DNA of 64,000 nucleotides, taken from assembly GCA_963774665.1 (NCBI GenBank), contig CAVZGB010000010.1, forward strand, positions 515,677 to 579,676, written 5' to 3'. Shown here piece after piece: positions 10,783-22,775 of the stretch. Every line of letters begins with the position of its first letter. The stretch's first letter is position 1. The position numbers and the translations under genes are program-made. Below the pieces are notes generated by a model. That model was not told the DNA's origin and did no database searches. It was given only the letters and a program-made list of their open reading frames with translations. This DNA comes from an uncultured delta proteobacterium (GTDB taxonomy: Bacteria > Desulfobacterota > Binatia > Binatales > Binataceae).

Positions 10783-11326
10783 TTAGATTCGCACCGTGGA
10801 GGGACGCGCGTCGTCGGCTTTTCCCTCCTTGATTAGCTTTTTCAGTTTGCGCTTGTAGAGTTCACGCTTGATTCGCGAGATGCGGTCGATGAAGAGTTTG
10901 CCGTCCAAGGTGATCGATCTCGTGCTGCAGCGCGACCGCCAGCAATTCGTCGGCTTCGATCTCGATCTCCTTCTCGTCGGGCGTCCACGCGCGCACCAGC
11001 ACGTGCGCCGCGCGTTCGACGTCGGCGGTATAATCAATCACCGACAGGCATCCCTCTTCCCAAACGATCTTGCCCTCAGCCTCGACGACCTGCGGGTTGA
11101 TCAGTTTCAGCAAATGCTTGCCCGGATTTTCGTGATCGGTGTCGAGCACGATGATCCGCTTCGACTCTCCAACCTGCGGCGCTGCGAGACCGACGCCCGG
11201 CGCGGCGTACATGGTCTGAACCATGCTGTCGATCAGCCCTTCGACGTTGCCGTTAATATTCTTGACCGGGGCAGCCGGTGCCTTGAGGGTGTCGTCGGGA
11301 AACTTGCGAATTTTCAGCAGCGCCAT
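10783..11326 (-). CDS. def: Peptide deformylase (frameshift near 10908)
   Basis: GVGLAAPQVG, EGCLS, QHEIDHL; continues DGKLFIDR in another frame. Confidence 0.94.
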
Positions 11327-11343
11327 CTGTATTTACAAATCTA

Positions 11344-12285
11344 TCAAAGGGTAGCTGGCGCGGCGAGTCCGAGCGGCGCGAGAAACGATTCGACAGCGCG
11401 GATACACTCGGCGGGACGCTCGATTTGAAGAAAATGCGAGGTCCCCGGAATAGCTTCGTACGGCAACGCGAGCTCTTCGGCCATCGCTTGTCCGATCAGC
11501 GCCGGCGGCATCGCTTCATCAAGAGTAGGATCTCCGCACACGAGTTTCACCGGCACCGGGCAATGCGCCATTTGCGGCCACAAGTCGGGATTCGCGCCGC
11601 TGGAAAAAACGTGCGCCTCGTACTCGCGCGGACATGCGAGAATCCAATCGCCGCTCGAACGATCATGCCGCAGCGTCGCGCGTGCCATCAGCTCGTAGGC
11701 CTCAGGCACCCATGTTTTGAAGCGCTTGGCAAACTGCTTCGCGAGATCCAGCGGATCCTTGTAGCGCTCGGGACGACGCGCCGCGCGCGAGGCGAGCGAC
11801 TCCTTGTCGGATTGCTGCAGGTACTGAATAGGATGCCCCTCGCGCGGATAGACCGGCGGATCGAACAGCACCAACGCGTCGAATCGCCGACCATACTTGA
11901 GCGCGTGCATCGCAGCGGTGACGCCCGACAGCGAATGGAACAGCCCGGGGGCGGGCTTCACGCCAAGCTCGCGATTGATCGCATGCCAGACCACATCCAT
12001 ATCCGTGATGAAGTTCTGCCAGGTGTGGCCTTCGGCGCTGTGCAACGGGTTATGGCCGTGATTGCGGAAGTCAAAGACGATCACTTCGTAGCGCGCACGC
12101 AGCGGTCCCCAGAATGGAAAGTAGCCATCGATCGCGAGCCCGTTGCCATGACTCAGCACGAGGCGCGGCGCGTCGGGAATACCGTGCTGGCGAACGTGAA
12201 TCGTCGCGCCGTCGTGCATCTTCACATCGAAGGCGTGACGCGCCCGCGGCACATGATGAATCAGGTTATGTTCGTTCTCGTTCAT
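11344..12285 (-). CDS. Alpha/beta hydrolase
   Basis: HGNG, DFRNHG, FHSLSG nucleophile elbow, HFLQIE. Confidence 0.8.
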   Translation of the reverse strand: MNENEHNLIHHVPRARHAFDVKMHDGATIHVRQHGIPDAPRLVLSHGNGLAIDGYFPFWGPLRARYEVIVFDFRNHGHNPLHSAEGHTWQNFITDMDVVWHAINRELGVKPAPGLFHSLSGVTAAMHALKYGRRFDALVLFDPPVYPREGHPIQYLQQSDKESLASRAARRPERYKDPLDLAKQFAKRFKTWVPEAYELMARATLRHDRSSGDWILACPREYEAHVFSSGANPDLWPQMAHCPVPVKLVCGDPTLDEAMPPALIGQAMAEELALPYEAIPGTSHFLQIERPAECIRAVESFLAPLGLAAPATL

Positions 12286-12296
12286 TTACCCAATGC

Positions 12297-14777
12297 TCAC
12301 AGCATCCTTACCGGATCGATATCAATCGCAAGAAATATATCGTCGCGCTCTGCCGACGGACCGACTTCGGCGCGCATCGCGGAAATTGCGGCGCGCATCG
12401 ATTTCAGTTCGCGCGATTTTATCATCACCTGCCATCGGTAGCGCTGCTTGATCCGTTCGATCGGTGCTGGCGCCGGTCCCAGCACCCGGAGTCCTTCCGG
12501 CGTCGAGACCTTCGACAACGATTTCGCGACCGCCTCGGCCGCACGCCTTACAATTTGCGGCTCCGCGCCCTCGACTCGCACCATCGCAAGACGTGCAAAC
12601 GGCGGATACATAAGATCGCGGCGCAGTTCGAGCTCGCGGCGCATGAACCGCGCGTAGTCCTGATCCTTCGCCGCGCGGATGCTGTAGTGATGCGGCGCGT
12701 AGGTCTGGATAATCACGCGGCCCGCACGCTCGCCGCGACCCGCGCGTCCCGCGATCTGCGTCAGCAACTGGAACGTGCGCTCGGCGGAACGGAAGTCGGG
12801 CATGTTCAACGCCATGTCGGCATTCACCACCGCGGCCAGCGTGACGCCGGGAAAATCGAAACCCTTGGTGATCATCTGCGTGCCGACCAGGATATCTATT
12901 TCGCCGGCGCGAAGCTCTGACAGCATCCGTGCTCGCGCGCCGCGCACACTGCTCGTGTCAGAGTCCATCCTCTCGATGCGCGCGCTCGGCATCAGCTCGG
13001 CCAGCGTTTGCGTGAGCCTCTCGGTGCCGAAGCCCTGCCCCTTGAGCCCGTAGCCTTTGCATTCGGGGCAGGTGTCGGGTGCGGCGGTGTGATTGCCGCA
13101 GTAGTGGCATCGCAGCGAGCGGTCGCGCATGTGAAACGTCATGCTGACGCTGCAATTTTGGCACGCGATCACGTTGCCGCAGATGTGGCATTGCAGAAAA
13201 TTGTGGAAGCCGCGGCGATTGAGAAACACCATGCTCTGGCCACTGGACGCGAGATTTTCGCGCAGCGCAGCGACCAGCGTCGTCGACAGCGGCACCACGT
13301 CCGGAACCTCCGCCGCTTGAGGTTTCGAATCGCCGGGTCCGGTTCCATTCGTAGTCTTGGCCGTCGCGAGCTTGCGAGCCTCGGCGACTTCGCGGCGCAT
13401 ATCGACGATTTCGACCGATGCCATCGCGCGATCATTCACGCGCCGCAAAAGGCGCAGCAGCCGGTAGCGTCCACGCCGCGCATTTGCGTACGACTCGCTC
13501 GACGGCGTCGCGGAGCCCAGCACGACCGGACATTGTGAAAATCCCGCGAGTGCGACTGCGAGATCGCGTGCGTGATAGTAGATCCCTTCCTCGCTCTTGT
13601 ACGACGCGTCGTGCTCCTCGTCGACAACGATCAATCCGATGTCGTGCATCGGCGCGAAAATCACAGAGCGCGGGCCGATCATCACGCGCGCATGCCCGCC
13701 AATCGCCGCCATCCAGCTCGCCCATCGCTCGGTCACGCTCTGCGCGCTGTGTGCGATGCCGACCAGCGATCCGAACCGTGCGCGAAACGAGCGGACGATT
13801 TCGTCGGCCAGCGCGATCTCGGGCACCATGATCAGAACGTTGCGACCGGCTGCGAGCGCTCGCGCGGCGAGGTTAAGATAAATTTCGGTCTTGCCGCTGG
13901 CCGTGACGCCCCACAGTAGAAACGCTTCGTAGCGCCGATGCTCGATCGCCGGTGAAATTGCATCGAGCGCGACTTGCTGTTCATCGGTGAGATCGAACTC
14001 CGCCGCCGATACCGTCATGAGTGTGTCGTCGGCGCCGCCTCGATCGCGATCAGTCCGCGACTCGCAAGACTCTTCAGCACCGCACTCGCGCCTTCGATCT
14101 TCTTTTTCAGATCATCGACCCGCACGCCCGGTCGCGCCGGCGTTCGCGATCGCGCCCAGCGCCTCGCGTTGCTTCGTGCCGCGAACATCCTCGACGCTTG
14201 CGCCATCGACTAGTCGCGCGACCAGATCCCCGGTTTCGCGATGGCGCCCCGTGGTAGCATCGCGGCGTTCGAGGATACCGTCGGCGACGAAGCGCGCAAT
14301 CGTGGCGCGCACCTCGCTCGGTGGGCCGACTTTCTCGAGCTGGCGCGTCGTCGCGGCACCCTTCGTGATCTTTTCAATGACCGTTCGCTCGACTTGCGTG
14401 AACGTCGCGCGTGCCAGCGCGTCGGGCGGCGTCCCGAGGTTGTACGCGGTCCTCGACTCGACGCGCGCGACCGCGGGAATCACGCTGCGGTACGCGTCGG
14501 CAATCGAGACCATGTAGTAGGTCGCGAGGAACTCCATCAGTTGCAGATGCGCGCGATCGAACAGCGGCCGCGGCTCGAGCACTTCGAGCAGGTCCTTCAA
14601 TTGCGCCGTCGAAAGTTGCTCGCCGACCTCCGTGACCACGCCAGTCACCTTGCGCGAGCGCAGCGGCGCGAGCACTCGATGCCCGGGCAGCACGCGCCCG
14701 TCGAGCGCCTGCGGAATCGAATACGTCAGCGTCTCGAATCCGCGCGTCGCCCCGACGATCACAATGTTGGCCTGCAT
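12297..14777 (-). CDS. priA: Primosomal protein N' (split by frameshifts at about 14015-14150)
   Basis: GVTASGKTE, DEEHD, four CxxC motifs, GTQMITKG, DIDP; N-terminal 3'-DNA-binding domain in the upstream frames. Confidence 0.92.
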
Positions 14778-14875
14778 CTCGACTATCTCTGCGCATGCAA
14801 CTTACACCCCAATTCGGCGATTTGCCCGTTCCATACCCGCTTTCGCGGACGCGTCGAGTCTGGTTGAATCTGCCT

Positions 14876-16045
14876 ATGACGCTCCGATTTCTGACTGCCG
14901 GTGAATCGCACGGCCCCGAGCTGGTGGCGACCGTCGAAGGCGTTCCCGCCGGTTTCGACATCGACATTGCTGCGATCAACGCCGATCTCGCACGCCGTCA
15001 AAAGGGCTACGGCCGCGGCGGCAGGATGCTGATCGAGAAGGACGAGGCGCGCCCCGTTTCCGGTATTCGCTTCGGCAAATCGCTCGGCAGTCCGATCACC
15101 TTCATCATCGAAAATCGCGACTTCAAGAACTGGGTCAAGAAAATGTCGGCCGATCCCAACGATCGCGGCGCGGCCGAAGTCGTCACGCGCGCGCGGCCCG
15201 GCCATGCCGACCTTGCGGGCGTGCTGAAATACAACCTCGAAGATATTCGCGACGTGCTCGAACGGGCATCGGCGCGCGAAACCACTGCGCGCGTGGCGAT
15301 CGGCGGGCTCGCAAAGCAGATTCTCGTGCCGTTCGGAATCGACGTGCTCGGCTACGTCGCGAGCATCGGCGCGACCGAGGCGAAGACTCATCCCGAGATG
15401 AGTGTCGAGGAATTGCGCCGGGTCACTGAAGCGTCGCAAGTTCGCGTGGCGGATCCCGACGCTGAGAGCAAAATAATCGCCGAGATCGATGCGTGCAAAA
15501 AGACCGGCGACACGCTCGGCGGTATCGTCGAGGTGGTCGCGACCGGATTGCCGGTCGGGCTCGGCAGTCACGTGCAATGGGATCGCAAGCTCGACGGACG
15601 GCTCGCTTTCGCGCTGCTCAGCCTGCAGGCCGCCAAGGGTGTCGAGCTCGGCCTGGGATTCACCGCGGGGCGGATTCGCGGCTCCGAGCTGCACGACGAA
15701 ATCGGCTACGACGCCGCGCACCATCGCTTCACGCGCCATTCGAATAATTCCGGCGGCACCGAGGGCGGCATGAGCACGGGCGAGCCGCTGCGCGTGCGAG
15801 TCGCGTTCAAGCCGCTGTCGACGCTGATGCGTCCGCTGCGATCGGTCGATATCAAAACCAAGGCGGAAGCGGTGGGCGCGATCGAGCGATCCGACGTATG
15901 CGCGATTCCAGCCGCGGCAGTCATCGCGGAAGCGGTGGTCGCATTCGAGCTCGCTGCCGCGTTCCTCGAAAAGTTCGGCGGCGATTCGCTGACTGAGATT
16001 ACTCGCAATTTTAAAGGTTTCCTCGAACAGGTCCGCAACTACTGA
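14876..16045 (+). CDS. aroC: Chorismate synthase
   Basis: LTAGESHG, RPGHAD, ERASARET, ERSDVC. Confidence 0.96.
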   Translation: MTLRFLTAGESHGPELVATVEGVPAGFDIDIAAINADLARRQKGYGRGGRMLIEKDEARPVSGIRFGKSLGSPITFIIENRDFKNWVKKMSADPNDRGAAEVVTRARPGHADLAGVLKYNLEDIRDVLERASARETTARVAIGGLAKQILVPFGIDVLGYVASIGATEAKTHPEMSVEELRRVTEASQVRVADPDAESKIIAEIDACKKTGDTLGGIVEVVATGLPVGLGSHVQWDRKLDGRLAFALLSLQAAKGVELGLGFTAGRIRGSELHDEIGYDAAHHRFTRHSNNSGGTEGGMSTGEPLRVRVAFKPLSTLMRPLRSVDIKTKAEAVGAIERSDVCAIPAAAVIAEAVVAFELAAAFLEKFGGDSLTEITRNFKGFLEQVRNY

Positions 16046-16082
16046 AGCGGGGCGCGCGGCTGGATTCGCGCGACAACGCAAA

Positions 16083-16658
16083 ATGACGCCCAAACTGATC
16101 CTCACCGGATTCATGGCCACCGGGAAAAGCTCGGTCGGACCGATCGTCGCGCGCCGGCTCGGATGGGAATTCGTGGACGTCGACACGATCGTCGTCGCGC
16201 GCGCCGGAAAACCAATCGCGCAAATCTTCGCCGACGATGGCGAGGCGCACTTCCGACAGCTCGAACGCGAGGCGGTGGCGCAACTCACAAGCGATCAACG
16301 GCGATGCCCGCACTGCCACGGGCCGTTTCCCGAAGTGATTTCGACCGGCGGGGGCGTGCTGGTTGACGAATCGAATTGCGTCGCGCTCAAGCGGGTCGGC
16401 GTGATCGTATGCCTGACGGGGAGGCCCGAAGTCATCGCGGCGCGCGTCGAACGATCGAAAGCCAAGCGCCCGAAATTGACCGAAGGCGGAAAACCCACCC
16501 TTGCTCGAGTCAAAGAACTGATGGACGAACGAGCGGACGCGTACGCGCGCGCCGACGTGCAAGTCGACAGCTCAGATCTCACCGTCGAGCAACTGGCCGA
16601 CCATGTGATCGGCGCCTTCGGCCAACACGCCGCGCGACGAATCCTGCCGCCCGCATAG
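16083..16658 (+). CDS. aroK: Shikimate kinase with a CPHCH insertion
   Basis: GFMATGKS P-loop, GEAHFR.LE, ISTGGG, RP lid. Confidence 0.92.
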   Translation: MTPKLILTGFMATGKSSVGPIVARRLGWEFVDVDTIVVARAGKPIAQIFADDGEAHFRQLEREAVAQLTSDQRRCPHCHGPFPEVISTGGGVLVDESNCVALKRVGVIVCLTGRPEVIAARVERSKAKRPKLTEGGKPTLARVKELMDERADAYARADVQVDSSDLTVEQLADHVIGAFGQHAARRILPPA

Positions 16659-16660
16659 CG

Positions 16661-17737
16661 ATGCGTACTATCCGCGTAGAACTGGGGCACGCGTCGCACG
16701 ACGCTCACGTCGGCGCGAACATCCTCGACAATCTTGGCGAACTCGCGCGCGCGGCGGGACTGAAGCCGGGTTCATGTGCCGTCGTCACTGACGCGACGGT
16801 CGAAAAATTATACGCGGCTCGCGTCGAGGATTCGCTTCGCAAAAGCAGCTTCGTGCCCGCAGTGATTTCTGTGCCGCCCGGCGAAGCATCGAAATCGCTG
16901 CCGACGCTGGAGCTTCTGTACGATCGCATGACTGCGATAGGGCTCGATCGCAACAGCGCGGTGTTCGCCGTGGGTGGCGGCGTCGTGGGCGATCTCGCGG
17001 GATTTGCGGCTGCGACTTTTCTGCGCGGCGTCCCGTTGGTGCAAGTGCCAACGACAGTGGTCGCGCAGGTCGATTCAGCGCTCGGCGGCAAGACCGCGAT
17101 CAACCATCGTCACGCCAAGAATCTGATCGGTGCGTTTTACCAGCCGCGGCTGATTGTCGCCGACGTGTCGACGCTGTCGACGTTGCCGGACCGCGAGTTT
17201 CGCGAGGGCCTGGCTGAGGTGATCAAGTATGGCGCGATCATGGACGCGCCGATGATCGCCGACCTCGAACGCGACCTCGACGCGATTCTCGCGCGACGTT
17301 CGGATCTGCTCGAGCAAGTGGTCGCGCGATCGCTGGCGCATAAAGCTGCCGTCGTATCGGCCGACGAACGCGAAAGCGGCCTTCGCAAAAGCTTGAACTT
17401 CGGCCATACGATCGGCCACGCGATCGAAGCGAGCGCCGGTTACGGCAGCTACTTTCACGGCGAGGCGGTTGCGATTGGGATGGTCGCGGCGGCGCGACTC
17501 TCCAGCAAATATGCCGGCTTGTCGGCTGACGAAGCATCGCGGCTGCAGCGCCTGATCGAGCGCGCCGGCCTGCCGACGGCGATGCCGGCCGGATGGCGCA
17601 GCGGCGGCTTTCTTCGCGCGCTTGGTCTGGACAAGAAGCGCGCCGCCGGTGCGATCGAATTCGTGCTGCTCGATCGACTTGGTCACTCCTTGACAAAAAG
17701 TCGATTAATTGATGACATCGTGTCATCTCTAGGTTGA
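16661..17737 (+). CDS. aroB: 3-dehydroquinate synthase
   Basis: GGGVVGDLAGF, VDSALGGKT, LNFGHTIGHAIE, HGEAV, DKK. Confidence 0.95.
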   Translation: MRTIRVELGHASHDAHVGANILDNLGELARAAGLKPGSCAVVTDATVEKLYAARVEDSLRKSSFVPAVISVPPGEASKSLPTLELLYDRMTAIGLDRNSAVFAVGGGVVGDLAGFAAATFLRGVPLVQVPTTVVAQVDSALGGKTAINHRHAKNLIGAFYQPRLIVADVSTLSTLPDREFREGLAEVIKYGAIMDAPMIADLERDLDAILARRSDLLEQVVARSLAHKAAVVSADERESGLRKSLNFGHTIGHAIEASAGYGSYFHGEAVAIGMVAAARLSSKYAGLSADEASRLQRLIERAGLPTAMPAGWRSGGFLRALGLDKKRAAGAIEFVLLDRLGHSLTKSRLIDDIVSSLG

Positions 17738-17935
17738 TCGTCGGCTCCAATTTCTGACAACTACGACTAGAAGTGTTCTACAGGTGACAAATTGTCGCGA
17801 AAATTCCGCTTGCATGCTTGGCTTACCTACAATGTGTTTAGTATGTACGTAGTAGCGGACGCATGACTGTTTCAACCCGTACATCGCCAAGGAGACAAAA
17901 GGACGGGGTAAACGCGCGTAACGCGAAGGAGCCAC

Positions 17936-18184
17936 ATGGATCGACGCGATGAAATGAAGGACAAGGTCCTGACGGTGCAGGAGGTGTCCGCCTACCTGCG
18001 AGTGCATCCCTCCACCATCTACCGAATGCTCAAAAAGAACCTGCTGCCCGCGTTCCGGGTCGGCAGCGACTGGCGCTTCACGGTCGAGGCTATCGACAAA
18101 TGGCGCGCCTCGGTGGAGTCGGGTGTTCGCACTCGTACGGAGACAACAACGGCTGAGCCGGCGGGGTCCGACGCGCGCGAATAA
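17936..18184 (+). CDS. Excisionase-like (HTH_17) DNA-binding protein
   Basis: LTVQEVSAYLRVHPSTIYRM...LPAFRVGSDWRF. Confidence 0.85.
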   Translation: MDRRDEMKDKVLTVQEVSAYLRVHPSTIYRMLKKNLLPAFRVGSDWRFTVEAIDKWRASVESGVRTRTETTTAEPAGSDARE

Positions 18185-18217
18185 ACGCGACTGGACGGAA
18201 AATCGGCGCCGGTCCGG

Positions 18218-19171
18218 CTAATTCTGGAAATACCGGCGCGGATTTTCTACCAGCATCGTACGGATCTTGGCCTCTCCGACGCCCGCCCGTTTCAGCGCCG
18301 GCACGATATTTTTGAAGACGTGCGTCGGCGTCCAGTTCGCGACCAGCTTGGCGGTCTCGGGAGTCATGTCGAGCCCGCGCCCGAGCCAGCATGCGACGGT
18401 GTCGTGTGAGAGCACGAGTTGATTTTCATAGCCGACGCCGAGCAGTCCAATCAGCGCCGCCAGGCGCAGCTTGTCGGGATGCACGAAATCCAGGCCGAAG
18501 CGATCGAACCCGAGGATACATCCGCGATCGAGCATCGCGGCGTGATAGCTGAGGTCCGACGAGCCGCAGCTATGCCCGACAATCACGCGGCTTAAGTCCG
18601 CGCCTTCCGACGCGAAAATCTCCAGCTGCTCGCGGCCCATCGTGCCGTCTTCGGTATGGGTCGTGATCGGAGCTCCGGTCGCCTTATGCGCGCGAGCCGC
18701 CGCACGCAGGCACATCTCCTCATACTTCGTGACCTGGCCCTTGCCGGTCGCGCACTTGATGATGCCGGCCTTGATGCCGGTGTCGCCGACACCTTTGTTG
18801 ATCTCGCTGATATAGACCGACGCGATGTCGTCGACCGTCCGCTGTTTGAAATATGCGGTGTTGCCGAGGTCTTCCTTGTACAAGCCGGTCGCGCAGATTA
18901 TTCGCACACCCGACGCGGAAGCCGCCTCCGCCATGAAGTTCACGTCGCGGCCGATGTCCATCGGGCACGGATCGACGAAGGTCTCGAGTCCGAGGTCGCG
19001 CACCTCTTTCAGGCGCTCGACGCAATTCTTGAGCGCGGCCTTGCGCTCGAATTTCGGTGCGGCGCAGTCGAGCTCCCATCCGGCCCAGCCAATCAGCAGA
19101 TGCTCATGCATGAGCGTCGTTCCGAGCTGCTCCGGACTTGCGGTTCCAGTGACGGTGTTGATTGCTTTCAT
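18218..19171 (-). CDS. Phosphotriesterase-family amidohydrolase
   Basis: TLMHEHL, GIIKCA, ITTHT, GH, LSHD, ENPRR. Confidence 0.9.
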   Translation of the reverse strand: MKAINTVTGTASPEQLGTTLMHEHLLIGWAGWELDCAAPKFERKAALKNCVERLKEVRDLGLETFVDPCPMDIGRDVNFMAEAASASGVRIICATGLYKEDLGNTAYFKQRTVDDIASVYISEINKGVGDTGIKAGIIKCATGKGQVTKYEEMCLRAAARAHKATGAPITTHTEDGTMGREQLEIFASEGADLSRVIVGHSCGSSDLSYHAAMLDRGCILGFDRFGLDFVHPDKLRLAALIGLLGVGYENQLVLSHDTVACWLGRGLDMTPETAKLVANWTPTHVFKNIVPALKRAGVGEAKIRTMLVENPRRYFQN

Positions 19172-19291
19172 CGCGGCACGCTCCATTCCGGGCGCGAGTT
19201 CACGCCCGGGGCTGATCGAGACTTCGATTTTGCGAAGCTAGACCCGCCGCGCCGCTGTCGTCAAATGGGTCGCTTCGCGATTTTCAGTCGG

Positions 19292-19879
19292 CTAACTGGA
19301 AGGCTCGGGTCTAGGTTCGTGGTCGCGGCCGAAGAACGTCATGAGCAAGATCAGCACGACCCCAATCGAAATCGCGCTGTCCGCGACATTGAAGATCGGG
19401 TAGTTCAGGTCGTAGTAGTGCGCACGCATGAAGTCGATGACGCGGCCGCGAATTGCTCGATCGATCAGATTGCCCATCGCGCCGCCGAGGATCAGCGCGC
19501 ATGAAATTGAGGTAAGCGACACGCTCTCAGCTCGCACGATTACGACTAGCAGCACGATTATTGCGGCACACGCCATCGTCAACAGAAATGCTTTGCGGAC
19601 CCACGGCGGAGCGTCCGCCAGCATGCTGAAAGCCGCCCCCGGATTCTGCGTGTAGGTGATATCGAGGTAGTTCGGGATGATCGGGATACTCTCGTACAGC
19701 ACCATGTGGGCCTGCACGAACAGCTTGGTCGCCTGGTCGAGCAGGATGACGGGAATCGTGATCGCGCCGAGCAAAAACAGAGACGGCCTGCGCGGCGGTG
19801 CCGACGCGGTCGATTCACTTCCAGCTTCGCGGCCGGCGAGGACGCGGGGCAGGGGCTTGGCGCTTGACTGCTCGGCCAT
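19292..19879 (-). CDS. lspA: Lipoprotein signal peptidase
   Basis: DQATK, NPGAAFS, GNLIDR, VIDF, FNVADSAI. Confidence 0.94.
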   Translation of the reverse strand: MAEQSSAKPLPRVLAGREAGSESTASAPPRRPSLFLLGAITIPVILLDQATKLFVQAHMVLYESIPIIPNYLDITYTQNPGAAFSMLADAPPWVRKAFLLTMACAAIIVLLVVIVRAESVSLTSISCALILGGAMGNLIDRAIRGRVIDFMRAHYYDLNYPIFNVADSAISIGVVLILLMTFFGRDHEPRPEPSS

Positions 19880-19882
19880 CGG

Positions 19883-22775
19883 CTACGCTCCCACGACTGC
19901 GCGGCATCTCGCGTCCAGTGTTTCGCCGCCGGCGTCATCGAAGTATTTCCAGCATCGCGCGCACTTCGCGCCCGACGCATGACGCCCGACCAGCGTTATT
20001 GCAGGATTCGCCGCTGCGCGTGCGAAGGTACCGTCGAGGGCGAAATCCTCGCGGCCGTTGGCTTGCTGCCGGATCTCGGCCGCTTCCGCATCGGCCAGAA
20101 TCGAAACATCGGAGACGATGAACAAGTCTTTCAGGTCGTCGCGGTATCGCTTCAACGTATCGGCAAGCGCGCTGTCAGAGCCACCGTCAGCGCCTAGACT
20201 GATCGCAGCATCGAGCGGGGCACCGATTGTCCCTGACTTGCGCATCGCTTCGAGCAGCTTGAGCGCCTCGTCGCGAACCTTGAGCAGCCGATCCCATCGC
20301 GCTTCCAAATCGTCATCGCGCCACGCCGGGTTCGCGGGATGCATCGTGGTCAGATGCACGCTGTCGAGCCGCTCTCCCGGGAGGTACGAGTAAACCTCTT
20401 CGGCGGTGAACGGGATCAGCGGCGCGAGCATCCTGACGAGCACGTCGAGAATATTGAACAGCGCGGTCTGCACCGAGCGGCGCTCGCGCGAATTCTCGGC
20501 CTCGCAGTAGAGACGGTCGCGCGCGACGTCGATATACAGCGAGCTCAAATCGACCACGATAAAATTCTGCATCACCTGGAACGCGGTCTGGAACTCGAAC
20601 GCTTCGTACGCGCGGCGCACTTCGGCCTTGAGTTTCTCGGTGCGCGCGAGGATGAAGCGATCGAACTCGAGCATGTCCTTCAATTGAACGGCGTCGCGCT
20701 CCGGATCGAAATCAGCGAGGTTGCCCAGCACGAAACGGCAGGTGTTGCGGATCTTTCGATACGACTCCGACACCGCGTTGAAGATTGTCGGGCTGAGCGT
20801 GATGTCGGAGGTGTAGTCGAGCGACGCGTACACCAGCCGCAGCACGTCGGCGCCCATGCGCCCGGCCGCATCGACGGCGTCCTCCGAGTTGCCGAGCGAC
20901 TTGGACATCTTGCGTCCCTTCTCGTCGACCGTCAGCCCGTGGCTGATGATGCTCTTGAAGGGCGCCTTACCGCGCTCAGACACGGCGCAAAAGAGCGATG
21001 AGCTGAACCATCCGCGCGCCTGCTCGACCGCTTCGAGGTAGGCGTCCGCCGGCCATTTCAGTTCGGGACGTACGGCGAGCACGGCGGCTTGCGACGAGCC
21101 CGAATCGAACCACACGTCGAGGATGTCTTCTTCCTTGACGAAGACCGAGCCGCCGCACTTCGCGCATTTGACGCCCGGCGCGACGAAGTCGGCAGCAGGC
21201 CGGATGTACCATGCGTCGGAGCCTTCGCGCGCGAAAATTTCCTCGACGCGATCCATCGTGACCAGCAGCGGTGCGACCTCGTCGCATTCGGCGCATCTGA
21301 CCGCGGGAATCGGCACGCCCCACGCGCGCTGGCGCGAGATGGTCCAATCCGGGCGCGTCTCTGTCATGTTGCGGATTCGATCGCGCGACCATGCGGGATA
21401 CCACTTCACGCTGTCGATCGCGTCGATCACCTTGGCGCGCAGCCCGTTGTGATCGACGCCGATGAACCATTGTTCGGTCGCGAGAAAAATCAGTGGATTG
21501 TGGCATCGCCAGCAATGCGGATAGCTGTGCGAGAATTTTTGCGCATGCAACAGCGCGCCGACCGTGCGCAGCTTCTCGACGATCGGATTGTTCGCCTTGA
21601 AGACGTTCATCCCTTCCCACTCGCCACCGTCGCGGGTGAACACTCCGCTGCCGTCGACGGGAGTGAACGGGGCCAGCCCGTACGCCTTGCCGACGACGTA
21701 ATCTTCGTAGCCGTGCCCCGGGCGCGGTATGTACGAGGCCGGTGCCGGTGTCGGCGGTGACGTGCTCGGCGTACATCAGCTTGACGTCGCGCGGGAGAAA
21801 CGGATGCCGAAAAATATCCTGGCCGTCGTACGCCTTGATCGCGGCGCGGTCGAGTGGGATTCGTTTTTCGATTGTCAGCTCGCATTCTTTCGCGACGCTG
21901 TCCGCCAATCGCGATGCGACGACGTAATAGTGATCACCAACTTTCAGCGCGACGTAGTCGAAAGTCTCGTTCAGCGAGATTCCGAGATTTGCCGGCAGCG
22001 TCCACGGTGTGGTCGTCCAGATTACCGCCGACAGCTTGCCTGCTTTGTGCGCAGCGGCGAGCTCGGCGCGGTCGTTGGCTTCTGCCGCCAGCGCGCCCGC
22101 ATCCTTGAGATTTGAGTTGAACGCGAACGCCACGTAAATCGACGGTGAAACGTGATCGCGATACTCGACTTCGGCCTCCGCGAGCGCCGAGCGGCAATCG
22201 AAGCACCAATGCACCGGACGCAGGCCGCGATAGACGTAGCCCTGCTCGACCATGTTGCGCAGCACGCGGATTTCCGCAGCGTCGTACTCGGGCGCCATCG
22301 TGAGATACGGATGGAACCAGTCGCCGATACATCCGAGGCGCCGAAAGTCCGAGCGCTGCAGGTCGACCCACTTCTCCGCTTCGGCGCGGCACAATTTGCG
22401 CAGCTCGAGCTTGGGCGTCGTGCGCGCCTTGTCGCCGCCGAGGTCGCGCGAGACTTTGTACTCGATGGGCATCCCGTGACAGTCCCATCCGGGGACGAAC
22501 GGGGTGCGATATCCGAGCATCGAGCGAGAGCGCACGACGAAGTCTTTGAGAATCTTGTTGAGCGCAGTCCCGAGATGCACGCGGCCGTTGGCGTAGGGCG
22601 GGCCGTCGTGCAGGACCCACGATTCCGCGTCCTTGCGCGCTTGCATCAGGCGCGCGTAGAGGTCGAGATCGTCCCAATGCTTGAGCATTTCCGGCTCCCG
22701 CTTGGGCAAGTTGGCCTTCATCGGAAAGTCGGTTTTGGGAAGTTTCAGGGTAGATTTGTAATCGGTCTCAGCCAC
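19883..22775 (-). CDS. ileS: Isoleucyl-tRNA synthetase (frameshift near 21720)
   Basis: HDGPPYANG, HLGT, WTTTPWTLP, KMSKS, C-terminal CARCW. Confidence 0.95.

Noticed and set aside
14783-16288. Long antisense ORFs (501 aa opposite aroC, 391 aa opposite ffh, and others)
   Set aside because: Shadow ORFs expected at high GC, with no recognisable motifs.
17936-18184. Prophage remnant suggested by the excisionase-like gene
   Set aside because: No phage or integrase genes nearby.
19883-22775. ileS, def, fmt and priA as pseudogenes or programmed frameshifts
   Set aside because: These are core genes with otherwise intact motifs and no common slippery site; sequencing error is simpler.
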